Shown: in pieces, positions 49,580-58,354 of the stretch
Position numbering within the stretch: position 1 is the stretch's first letter
Layout: every line of letters begins with the position of its first letter
Origin: Sphingobacteriales bacterium
GTDB taxonomy: Bacteria > Bacteroidota > Bacteroidia > Chitinophagales > Chitinophagaceae
Direction of reading: 5' to 3'
DNA length: 64,000 nt
Assembly (NCBI GenBank): GCA_016200915.1
Contig: JACQDV010000007.1
Location: 15,273 to 79,272 of the forward strand
The notes under the pieces: generated by a model
The model's input: only the letters and a program-made list of their open reading frames with translations
Database searches by the model: none
What the model was told of the DNA's origin: nothing
Translations under genes and position numbers: made by a program

Positions 49580-52501
49580 TTATAGAACGGGTAATAATAC
49601 TTTAAATGTTTGATGGTTGTTTTCCACCCTCACCTCTTTGCCGGAGAGCAATCGATAACGGTGAATAATATTTGGTAATCCGATACCGGTGCTTGGTTCT
49701 TTATTTATTTTTTCATTGATATTGTTTTGCACCACCAGGTAATCATTGCTGCGGAGTATTTCAAAAGTTAATGGTGTTTCTTTTGAAATAGCATTGTGCT
49801 TAATAGCATTCTCAGCAAGCAGTTGTAATGTTAATGGTGGTATTTGAATATGTTTTATATCTTCTTCAGAAAGACTGAGTACATAATTCAGGCTGCTGCC
49901 AAAACGTTTTTGCTGAATAAAGAAATATTTGTTGATGAGTGATAGTTCCTCTTCTAACGGAATTAATTCATTTTCTCTTGTAGTTACAATCGTTCGGTAG
50001 AAATCAGAAAGCTGTTCAACATATTCAATGGCATTATGCGGATTTTCATCGATTACCGAGATTAAAGTATTAAAACTATTGAACAGGAAATGAGGATTTA
50101 CCTGGTTCTTTAAGGTTTCAAACTGAAATTGAATTTTTTCCTGCTGTAACTGTTGTAATTTCTGCACCTCTCTTTCACGGTACTTGATAATGCTGTAAAA
50201 AATTAAAGCTAATACAATCGCCGCCAGCAGCAGGAACCACCATTGCCTCCAATAAGGCTTGTTGATGGTGAAGGTATAAGTTACCTCCTTAGCCGCACTG
50301 AAATTATTATTTAAAGATGCCCTTATGTGAAAGGTATAAGTACCTGCAGGAAGTTTGGGGAAAGAGGCAAAATGATCTTTGGTAGTAAACCATTCATTGT
50401 TGAAGTCATCCAGCTTATACTGAAATTCCACTTTATCAGGATCGCTGTAATACAAGCCGGCAAAATTAAAAGTGAAATTATTCTGATCGTAGCTAAAAGT
50501 ATTTCTATTATGAAAATCTATAGATTGAAGAAAGAGTTGTACATCATCTAAAATAGTTACCACCTGTGCATGGTCTTTATTCTGCCATGGATTATAACTA
50601 AAGATCCCTTTATTACTGCTGAAGTAGATATTGCCATTGCCATCTTTAGTTATACAGTTGAGTGTAGCATTAGGTTTATCTAAAACATTTTCGTTGCTGA
50701 TGTAATAGATATTGCCTGTTTCGGCATTTATAATATCCACTCCTTTTTCATTGGTCACCAAAATGTTGCCGTGGTTATCTGCTTCAATTGAAGCGATAGA
50801 CAGATAGCTTAATCCCTGCTGAATGGCATAGTTAGTGAATTGCTTTCCATCAAACTTATACAAACCGACAGCACTAGTACTAAACCAGATATAGCCTTTG
50901 CTGTCTTCTGCGATTGAATAGATCACCTCATCTTCAAGACCATTTTGTTTGTTGTAATTTTTAAAAACATTGTTTTCAAAAACAGTAATACCTTTTCCAT
51001 CAGTGCCAAACCACACTCTTTTTTTAGAGTCAACAAATATGGTGTAGATATAATTAGTACCGATGCCACTTACCTCATTGTAATTAGTAAAATGATAGCT
51101 ACTGCGAATAAAAGCATTGGCGTCCGTTAAAGTACATTTAATAGCACCAGCAAGACTGGATATCCATATATCATTTCCACTACCAGTAATAGAAAGAATG
51201 CTCCCATTGGAAAGCAGGCTGTCTTCATTAATATTCCGGTAAGAGCCATCAGCAGGGTTTAGTACAAAAATGCCTTTACCCATTGTACCGATCCAAATGT
51301 TCCTGTAAGCATCTTCGTACAAAGAAGTGATCTCTGTTTTTTCATCAATGCCTTTAATGGGGAAAGATTTATCAATGGTAGCGGAATTATTATTAATGAT
51401 AAAACGTTGAATTCTTTTATCGCCGGTTGCCCATAAATAATTTATTCCTGTGGCTGATTGAGTGTATAGCAGTGAATGGATTTTTTTAGTATCTACTTTA
51501 TCATCCGGAATAATTTTTTGAGCACTGGTGCTGTTGACAAGACTTAATTTATTATCATAACACACCCATTCATTACCTTCTTTATCTATTAATGTTTTAG
51601 CATATTTGCCTGAAGCCACAGCATTCTTGTTTAGTGCTGCAACTGGAATCCCCTTAGACGTTGTGATAGTTCCATTATATAAACCGTTTTCAGTAGCTGT
51701 AAGAAAGATGTTGTTATGATAACCAATGCAGTTAATTTGTTCGGCCATTATATCAATGCCAACACTTTTGTTTTCAACCGGATTGTTTTTGTTAAGCCAG
51801 AATAAACCTTTATCCTGTGTGCCGATTAAAAAAATATTGTTACCACAGCTCTTTACTACACGGGTAATATTGTCGGGCAAACCATTGGCGCTGGTAAATT
51901 TGCTGACCCTCTTTTTATTTCCCTCCCAATAACAGAAGCTTAATCCCTGGTCAGTACCCGCCACAATATTTCCATCATTGTCTAACTCGAGGTCATAAAC
52001 ATAATTATCAGTAAGCCCATCATCCGTATTCCAGTTAAATAATTTTTTGTCTCTGTAACAATAAATGCCCTCACCACTGGTGGCGATCCAAATATTATGC
52101 TGTTTATCAGCGATAATATCATTAATAGCTTTTTTGGGCAACCCTTCCTGTGGAGTAAATTTTTTAGACTGGTTGTTTTCAATAATATAAATATGACCGG
52201 TCCTTAATCCAACCCATATTTGATGATTGATTTCACTGATACAGGAAATTGAGTATTGCTTTAGGGTGTCTTCTAAATTTATTTTTTTGAAGTTGATTCC
52301 ATCAAAACGGTAAAGACCTTCGTTGGTACCACAATAAATCCAGCCCTGTGATGTACTTAAGAGCCGGGTTATTTTAATGGTACGGTTGTTTTCTTCAATG
52401 CTAAATGTTTTAAGAAAGGGCTGCTGCGCAAAAGCCATGCTTACTGCTAATAATAGCAGTGCTGTCAGCTGGTATTTGATATGTTGAAGGTAACAACGCA
52501 T
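49580..52501 (-). CDS. Sensor histidine kinase with periplasmic two-component-regulator beta-propeller/Y_Y_Y domain and LytS/YehU-type HK core
   Basis: Signal peptide, repeated propeller blades, TM helix, His_kinase motif NPHFLFNSFNTLISVI and HATPase. Confidence 0.85.
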   Translation of the reverse strand: MRCYLQHIKYQLTALLLLAVSMAFAQQPFLKTFSIEENNRTIKITRLLSTSQGWIYCGTNEGLYRFDGINFKKINLEDTLKQYSISCISEINHQIWVGLRTGHIYIIENNQSKKFTPQEGLPKKAINDIIADKQHNIWIATSGEGIYCYRDKKLFNWNTDDGLTDNYVYDLELDNDGNIVAGTDQGLSFCYWEGNKKRVSKFTSANGLPDNITRVVKSCGNNIFLIGTQDKGLFWLNKNNPVENKSVGIDIMAEQINCIGYHNNIFLTATENGLYNGTITTSKGIPVAALNKNAVASGKYAKTLIDKEGNEWVCYDNKLSLVNSTSAQKIIPDDKVDTKKIHSLLYTQSATGINYLWATGDKRIQRFIINNNSATIDKSFPIKGIDEKTEITSLYEDAYRNIWIGTMGKGIFVLNPADGSYRNINEDSLLSNGSILSITGSGNDIWISSLAGAIKCTLTDANAFIRSSYHFTNYNEVSGIGTNYIYTIFVDSKKRVWFGTDGKGITVFENNVFKNYNKQNGLEDEVIYSIAEDSKGYIWFSTSAVGLYKFDGKQFTNYAIQQGLSYLSIASIEADNHGNILVTNEKGVDIINAETGNIYYISNENVLDKPNATLNCITKDGNGNIYFSSNKGIFSYNPWQNKDHAQVVTILDDVQLFLQSIDFHNRNTFSYDQNNFTFNFAGLYYSDPDKVEFQYKLDDFNNEWFTTKDHFASFPKLPAGTYTFHIRASLNNNFSAAKEVTYTFTINKPYWRQWWFLLLAAIVLALIFYSIIKYREREVQKLQQLQQEKIQFQFETLKNQVNPHFLFNSFNTLISVIDENPHNAIEYVEQLSDFYRTIVTTRENELIPLEEELSLINKYFFIQQKRFGSSLNYVLSLSEEDIKHIQIPPLTLQLLAENAIKHNAISKETPLTFEILRSNDYLVVQNNINEKINKEPSTGIGLPNIIHRYRLLSGKEVRVENNHQTFKVLLPVL

Positions 52502-53067
52502 TATTGCTTTGGTAACAGTTCAGCTATTACTTCCACTTTTATTTCATTCGCCAGTTTCTCACTTACTACTTTAGGAATTAAAATTTTATGGTCGCTCAAC
52601 AAAACTGTAAAATTTGATTTGATAAGTACAGAACCCTGTTTTATCTCCACCTCACTTTTAATGATCCTTTCCTGTTCAATGCCGTGGATGGATAAAATTC
52701 CTTTTGCTCTTACAATATATTTTCCCGGTGTATTGAAATCTATATCCTCAATGATCTTTCCGTTGAATGTAGCTTCAGGGTAACTTTCACTTTCCATGTA
52801 ATTTTCATTAAAGTGCTCCCGCTGCAACGGACTGTTGAATCCCTGGAAGGAACGCATCCTTACTTTAAAAGAAAATGTTTTTTTATCAGTTTCAACTGCT
52901 CCTTTTAATTCTTTGGAAGAAGCACGGATCAGTTCAAATGGCGCATCCGAACGAAAACTTATCGTACCGTTACTGGTTATGAAAATAGTAATAGCTCTGT
53001 TACCTGCAATGCTGCAGGTAATAAGCATCATTACAACTGAATATTTTATTGCTTTGTGAATTTGCAA
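52501..53067 (-). CDS. YceI-like family protein (secreted)
   Basis: YceI core ..FNENYMESESYPEATF.. Confidence 0.65.
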   Translation of the reverse strand: MQIHKAIKYSVVMMLITCSIAGNRAITIFITSNGTISFRSDAPFELIRASSKELKGAVETDKKTFSFKVRMRSFQGFNSPLQREHFNENYMESESYPEATFNGKIIEDIDFNTPGKYIVRAKGILSIHGIEQERIIKSEVEIKQGSVLIKSNFTVLLSDHKILIPKVVSEKLANEIKVEVIAELLPKQ

Positions 53068-53084
53068 ATTGAACTGCGTTGAAT

Positions 53085-53993
53085 TTATTTTTGTTTTGAT
53101 TTCTTTAAATTAAAGACACGGGAAATATTGAAACCAAACAGTACATCTCCTTTCTCCCACTTACCAGTGGTTTCTCCAATAAATGTTCTTTCAGTCATGC
53201 CGGTAGAATTGGTGAAATGTAACTGAAATACATGACCTCCTGTTTCAATATCGAATCCTACAGATAAGGAATTTGTACTGCCATCAAATTTATAGCCCGG
53301 CAACTGGTAATAATATTCTGCATTAATGCTGATGCGTTTGGTTATTTTTTGACGACCACCAATACCTATTGCAATAATATCGTTAGGGTCGGTAGCTTTT
53401 TTAACCAGGTTATAATGTATTAATGTAGGCATCAATTGTAACGAGAAATTTTCTGAGAACTTGCGGCCAACAATTATTTGATGGGCAAAATATAAACGGG
53501 AAGTGAAATAGTTTTTCCGGTTAGGATCATCCCATTTCATTGTTTGCACCATAGCCGATGATACGATGTTGAGCGATACCGGCATTTTATGTTTACCGGT
53601 TGATTGCCACAGTAATTTGTATTTAAAAAAAAACATCGTATTGTTTTTGAAAACTGCTTCTGCCAAAACCCAGCATCAAACGGTCAGTGATTCCATAATC
53701 CAATCCCCAGTGCATAGACGCATTATCTAAACCAAAGAATTCATAAATCCCTTTGTTAAGTGTTCCGAAGCGGTGTGATATACGCAGGTCCAGCACACCC
53801 TTATAGGTATTCTCTACCGAATGCCCGTTGATTAACCGTGTAGATTTAAAAGCAGAGTACACTTTTTCAGTTTTTCCTTATCCTCTTTTTTAGTTTCATC
53901 ATCCAGCATTTTGGATAAATCAATATCCTGTGCCAGTATTGAAGAAAATACAAAGCAGGTAACAATCGTTGTAATAGTTTTGGCAATCATGGT
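53085..53993 (-). pseudogene. Outer-membrane beta-barrel protein (DUF5777-like), disrupted by two frameshifts
   Basis: Three consecutive ORF pieces (53866-53993 signal peptide, 53623-53862, 53085-53666) in different frames; frame breaks at A9 (53621-53635) and an A-rich run near 53850. Confidence 0.45.
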
Positions 53994-54005
53994 CAATAAA
54001 ATTTA

Positions 54006-54563
54006 TCAGCCTTTATAAAACTGGTAGTCGCAATCTACTTTTACCTCTACAGATTCAGCTACTTTCTTGCTTACAAAAGACGGAACGCTAACATTATAAT
54101 CTTTAAGTACCACTGTAAACGTTGCTTTACTGTTTACTTTTTCTCCTGTTACAGTAATGGTTCCTCCGGTACTTACTTTTTTGGTAACACCGTGTATGGT
54201 GAGGTCACCTTCCACCGTAATAGCATAGGTACCATCTTTTTTAAAATTCACTTTACTTAAGTCGGTTATTTTTCCTTTGAAAGTTGATTTGGGATAATTA
54301 TCACTATCCATATAATCTTTGTCGTTAAAGTGCTGCTGCATGGAAGCTTTCTTAAACTCAAAACCTTTTATCAGCATCTGGAACTCCACATCACCGGTTT
54401 GTGAATTGATCTTACTGGCTACAGCACTGTTTTTTGCATCAATATTTTCCAAAGGGGTTGATGAAAAGAAAGATACAAGTCCATTTTTTGTAAAGAAAAC
54501 AGATTGTGCATTGGCAGTAGTGATTCCAAGTGTAACAAAAACAGACAGAAGAATTTTTTTCAT
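54006..54563 (-). CDS. YceI-like family protein (secreted)
   Basis: Signal peptide; ..QQHFNDKDYMDSDNYPKSTFKGKI.. YceI signature. Confidence 0.75.
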   Translation of the reverse strand: MKKILLSVFVTLGITTANAQSVFFTKNGLVSFFSSTPLENIDAKNSAVASKINSQTGDVEFQMLIKGFEFKKASMQQHFNDKDYMDSDNYPKSTFKGKITDLSKVNFKKDGTYAITVEGDLTIHGVTKKVSTGGTITVTGEKVNSKATFTVVLKDYNVSVPSFVSKKVAESVEVKVDCDYQFYKG

Positions 54564-54575
54564 TGCTATAAATTT

Positions 54576-54932
54576 TTAATTATTAGGTGCTCCGTTATTA
54601 ATCCATATTCTGAATTTAGAAATAGTGCAGTTAGAAAGTGGGGCAGCGTTTTGGGGCATGGCAATAAAGCCAGACGAATGCGCAATGGAACCATACAGTT
54701 TTCCATTAAGGGCAGCGGTTCTTACATCCGTATAAGTATCCAGTTTAATATTGCCTGAAGGAAAAGCCCCTCCGTGGCAACTTATACAGTTAGATGCTAA
54801 AACCGGTACAATGGATGCATTATAGGTAACAGCACCGGTATCGCAGGTGGCTCCATATAAGTTTTCCTCTTTGTCGTAATAACAACTGCTTAAAAGAACA
54901 ATGGCAGTTATGGCAATTAATATAGTTTTCAT
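54576..54932 (-). CDS. PSCyt1-type (planctomycete cytochrome c domain) CxxCH lipoprotein
   Basis: Lipobox LLSSC; IVPVLASNCISCHGG..GNIKLDTY matches PSCyt1 heme-binding pattern. Confidence 0.55.
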   Translation of the reverse strand: MKTILIAITAIVLLSSCYYDKEENLYGATCDTGAVTYNASIVPVLASNCISCHGGAFPSGNIKLDTYTDVRTAALNGKLYGSIAHSSGFIAMPQNAAPLSNCTISKFRIWINNGAPNN

Positions 54933-54940
54933 TTTAACAA

Positions 54941-55632
54941 TCAGTTTTGTGGTGCACCGGCATCAATCCATTTTTTAACCTGGGTTATTTCACAGTCAGA
55001 TAATTTGCTACTGGTATTTGGCATAGGAATAAAACCAGGCGAATGACTTATAGAACCATATAGTTTACCGCTAAGCGCTACCGTTTTTATGGTAGAATAA
55101 TTAGTATAATCCAAACCACCGGCAGCGGTACTACCACTATGACAACCCTGGCAATTTCTTTGTAATAATGGTTGTATAAAACCAGAATAAGTATATAGGT
55201 TAGGATCACAAACAGAAACACATGCAGTGTTTCTTGCGCCTTCATCAATCCATTTCTTAATAATATCTTTTTGTGCCTTGGTTAACTGCAAATGCGTAAG
55301 AGGTGGCATGATATCTCCGGGGTCACTGGTGGTAATAGCCTGATAAACTTTACTGCCGGATGAATTACCGGGGATAATTCCATGTTTTATAATATCATCA
55401 TACCTGTCAAGTGAATAATAACCATCACTAATGTAATCATGACAACCGGCCTTAGCACAATAACTTTGAAAAATGGGTAATACATCTCTGGTAAAACAAA
55501 CACTGGCTGAACCAGTAAGAAGAGTGTCGGCGGGAGTTGGGTCTTTTATTACCGGCGTAACCAATGGTTCGTGTTTGCAGGCATAGATGCCAGCAAGAAA
55601 CATAAGAGTAACCGCAACAACCTTTTTCATAT
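54941..55632 (-). CDS. Tandem PSCyt1-domain lipoprotein (two copies; CxxCH only in the C-terminal copy)
   Basis: Only the C-terminal copy carries CxxCH (LQRNCQGCHSG); the N-terminal copy has CAKAGCHDY (C-x4-CH) and shares only the IxPxxQxxC frame. Start moved to MKKVVAV.. (55632) to avoid a 118-bp overlap. Confidence 0.55.
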
Positions 55633-55635
55633 TTA

Positions 55636-56046
55636 TTATTTTACTACGGTGCAACGTGTTATATAAACATCCATCATGTAACCGGTGCAAAGACCTTTTA
55701 ATGTAACATTGGTGCCTTGAGTGATTGCCGCATCCTTTTGATCCATTGTACAATTAATACTGTTCATCGGGTCGCTGGTTTTTAATGTAACCACCATCTG
55801 GCCTTCCTGGTTTGTAGTTACATCTTTTACTTCGCCTTTTACTGCAACGACTTTATCAAGGTATTTTTTATTAGCATCCGCTTCCGATTTATTATAATCA
55901 TCCAGCAGCGATACTGCGTTAACTGTAATTGCTTTTTGGTCTGAATAATTTTCCGGCCCATCCGTGTACATACGGTAACCTTTATAACCGCCTGCGGCAG
56001 CTACTGCTACTACAACTATGAGTATTATTTTTTTCCAGGTTTTCAT
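55636..56046 (-). CDS. OB-fold (tRNA_anti-like/BOF-type) secreted protein
   Basis: Signal-anchor plus ~110-aa pattern KVVAVKGEVKDV.. Confidence 0.45.
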   Translation of the reverse strand: MKTWKKIILIVVVAVAAAGGYKGYRMYTDGPENYSDQKAITVNAVSLLDDYNKSEADANKKYLDKVVAVKGEVKDVTTNQEGQMVVTLKTSDPMNSINCTMDQKDAAITQGTNVTLKGLCTGYMMDVYITRCTVVK

Positions 56047-56225
56047 AACGCTATTATTTTAACCACTAATGTACCTGTACAAATGTGTAAAGGGTGATAA
56101 TAATGACTGGTTACGGAAAAATATTAACCGAACAGGAATAATTCGGACCTGAAAATTAACTGAAACCGGTTACAGAATAACTGATTTTGGTTAGTTATAA
56201 GAAAATTTTGGTAAGTAAAGCAAGC

Positions 56226-56846
56226 CTATTTGGTATTCATATAGCTATCTACCGGCAACCGGTTTTGCAGGCTGCGGGCAAGGGTGAGTTCATCCGTATA
56301 TTCCAGTTCGCCGCCAAAAGCAATGCCCCTGGCAATAGTGGTGATTTTTATATTGATGCCTTTAAGTTTTTTCTGTATATAATAGATAGTAGTGTCACCC
56401 TGGATGGTGGGGTTAAGGGCGAAAATGAGTTCTTCTGTTTTTTCTTTTTCAATACGGGTAACCAGCGATTCGATTGCTAATTGATCAGGGCCGATGCCAT
56501 CCAAAGGAGAAATGATTCCGCCCAATACATGATATAGGCCATTATATTGTTGGGTACTTTCAATGGCAATTACATCACGGATGTTTTCTACTACGCAAAT
56601 CATTTCCTGTTTGCGGGATGTGTTGGAGCAGATATTGCAGATCTCTTTGTCGGAAATGTTATTACAACGATTGCAAAATTTTATTCCAGCTCTCATTTTG
56701 GAAATCGTTTCCCCGAAAAGATTTACTTCTTCAGGTGATTGTTTTATGAGATGCAACACCAGTCTCAAAGCAGTTTTTTTGCCAATGCCTGGTAATTTTG
56801 CAAATTCATTTACTGCGTTTTCAACTAAAGTGGAAGAGAAAAACAT
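56226..56846 (-). CDS. recR: Recombination protein RecR
   Basis: HhH (KLPGIGKKTALR), C4 zinc finger CNRCNN..CNIC, Toprim. Confidence 0.95.
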   Translation of the reverse strand: MFFSSTLVENAVNEFAKLPGIGKKTALRLVLHLIKQSPEEVNLFGETISKMRAGIKFCNRCNNISDKEICNICSNTSRKQEMICVVENIRDVIAIESTQQYNGLYHVLGGIISPLDGIGPDQLAIESLVTRIEKEKTEELIFALNPTIQGDTTIYYIQKKLKGINIKITTIARGIAFGGELEYTDELTLARSLQNRLPVDSYMNTK

Positions 56847-56871
56847 GAGGCAAAGTAACGGAATAAAAAAT

Positions 56872-58278
56872 CTATTGCTTTAAATCAACAACGTTTTCAT
56901 TTTCCCAGTTGGCTTTAACGGTGAGTTTGGCTGCAACCGGTACTACTCTCTCCGGTTGTTTATGTACACCTGAGAATTTCCCCGGATCCCAAACACCATT
57001 TTTATTATCATCATATAAAACCCTCAATTCATAATCACCCGGGTTAACTAATTTTTCACTCCATACAGCCTCAGTAATCACTACTGATTTCACCACTTTA
57101 TCCTGTGATACAAATTGTAATACAGGGTTTTTAGTTTTATCAAGATTAGTGAACTTTAAACGCAAACTTCCATAGTCTTCGGGTTTCTTTGCTGCAAAAA
57201 TTACTGTATCAATTTTGGTTAACTGGTAACCCATCGTATCCGCAGCAAAATCTTTTTGTAAAATAAGCTGGTAAACCATGCCCGGCTGCCATTGATATTG
57301 AAGCGTAATTTTTTTATTGGATGTATCTTTTATCCACTGATAGTTTTTAATAAGGTTATGTGAACTGTCAGTAAAACTGATTTTAGTTGAATCAAAATAC
57401 TTTAACGGTTTACCAAAAGTAAATGCAAATGGTTCAATCAAGCTTTGGTGCCTGTTTTCAAGATTGTTATTATAGATCAATCTCTTTTCTGCTTTGGTGA
57501 TGCCGCTTGCAGGTCTTGGTGTTTCTTTTTCTTCTGCATAAGCATAAAGTGTAACAGGAGCGGTGGTATCGGTCATCTCAATAAACTTATCAGCAAATGC
57601 AAATGTTTCTGTTGGTGAATCATATTGTTTATTGCCATTAGCATCTTTCAAAGCATATAAGGCAAATTTACCGGCTGGTAAATTAGTAAATCGGAAAGTT
57701 CCATCTCCTTTTAATCTTGTATAATAAAATGGTTTTTTCTTTGCAACTGCTGAATCATCCAGGTTGTTATAAAGAGTAACAATTAAAGTAGAATCAACTT
57801 TACCATTCTCTGCAAGAATTACTTTTCCGCTAAGCTCTTTAGTGTCAATGGTGGTACCGGTAGAGAAAACAAATTTGTAATCTTTTAAAATATTTCCTTC
57901 ATTAATATCTTTTATTGAATAACCGAAGTCAATGCTGTAAGTAGTATTAGGTAGTAAAGAATCTTTAAGACGAATGCTCAATGTTTTAAGTCGTGATTCT
58001 AACACCGGCTGTTTATTTGGATTGGGCGAAAGGATTACATTTTCAAATGGCCGGTCTAATTCAATAAACTCATCAAAGTCTATAGTGATTTTATTCCCGT
58101 TAAAATTAAGTACAGAGTCTTTGGGTATTGATTTAACTGGTACAGGCGGCAATGTGTCTTTGTCGCCACCGGTTGGCGGTATAATATGGGCACAACCTGT
58201 TTGCACCAGAATTTGCTGGATTAAAACGATAGAGAAGATAAAATAAATTAACTGCTTGTTTCCAAAACAATTTCTCAT
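56872..58278 (-). CDS. Hypothetical secreted Ig-like/beta-sandwich domain protein
   Basis: Signal peptide; beta-rich repeats; no catalytic motif. Confidence 0.4.
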   Translation of the reverse strand: MRNCFGNKQLIYFIFSIVLIQQILVQTGCAHIIPPTGGDKDTLPPVPVKSIPKDSVLNFNGNKITIDFDEFIELDRPFENVILSPNPNKQPVLESRLKTLSIRLKDSLLPNTTYSIDFGYSIKDINEGNILKDYKFVFSTGTTIDTKELSGKVILAENGKVDSTLIVTLYNNLDDSAVAKKKPFYYTRLKGDGTFRFTNLPAGKFALYALKDANGNKQYDSPTETFAFADKFIEMTDTTAPVTLYAYAEEKETPRPASGITKAEKRLIYNNNLENRHQSLIEPFAFTFGKPLKYFDSTKISFTDSSHNLIKNYQWIKDTSNKKITLQYQWQPGMVYQLILQKDFAADTMGYQLTKIDTVIFAAKKPEDYGSLRLKFTNLDKTKNPVLQFVSQDKVVKSVVITEAVWSEKLVNPGDYELRVLYDDNKNGVWDPGKFSGVHKQPERVVPVAAKLTVKANWENENVVDLKQ

Positions 58279-58354
58279 AAAAGTTGCGCAAACTTAAGGT
58301 GTTTGCTGTTATCGTTTTCTAAAGCTTTGCCGGCAAATACCAAAATCATGTTAA

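Noticed and set aside
56187-56480. 97-aa plus-strand ORF
   Set aside because: Antisense to recR, which has unambiguous motifs.
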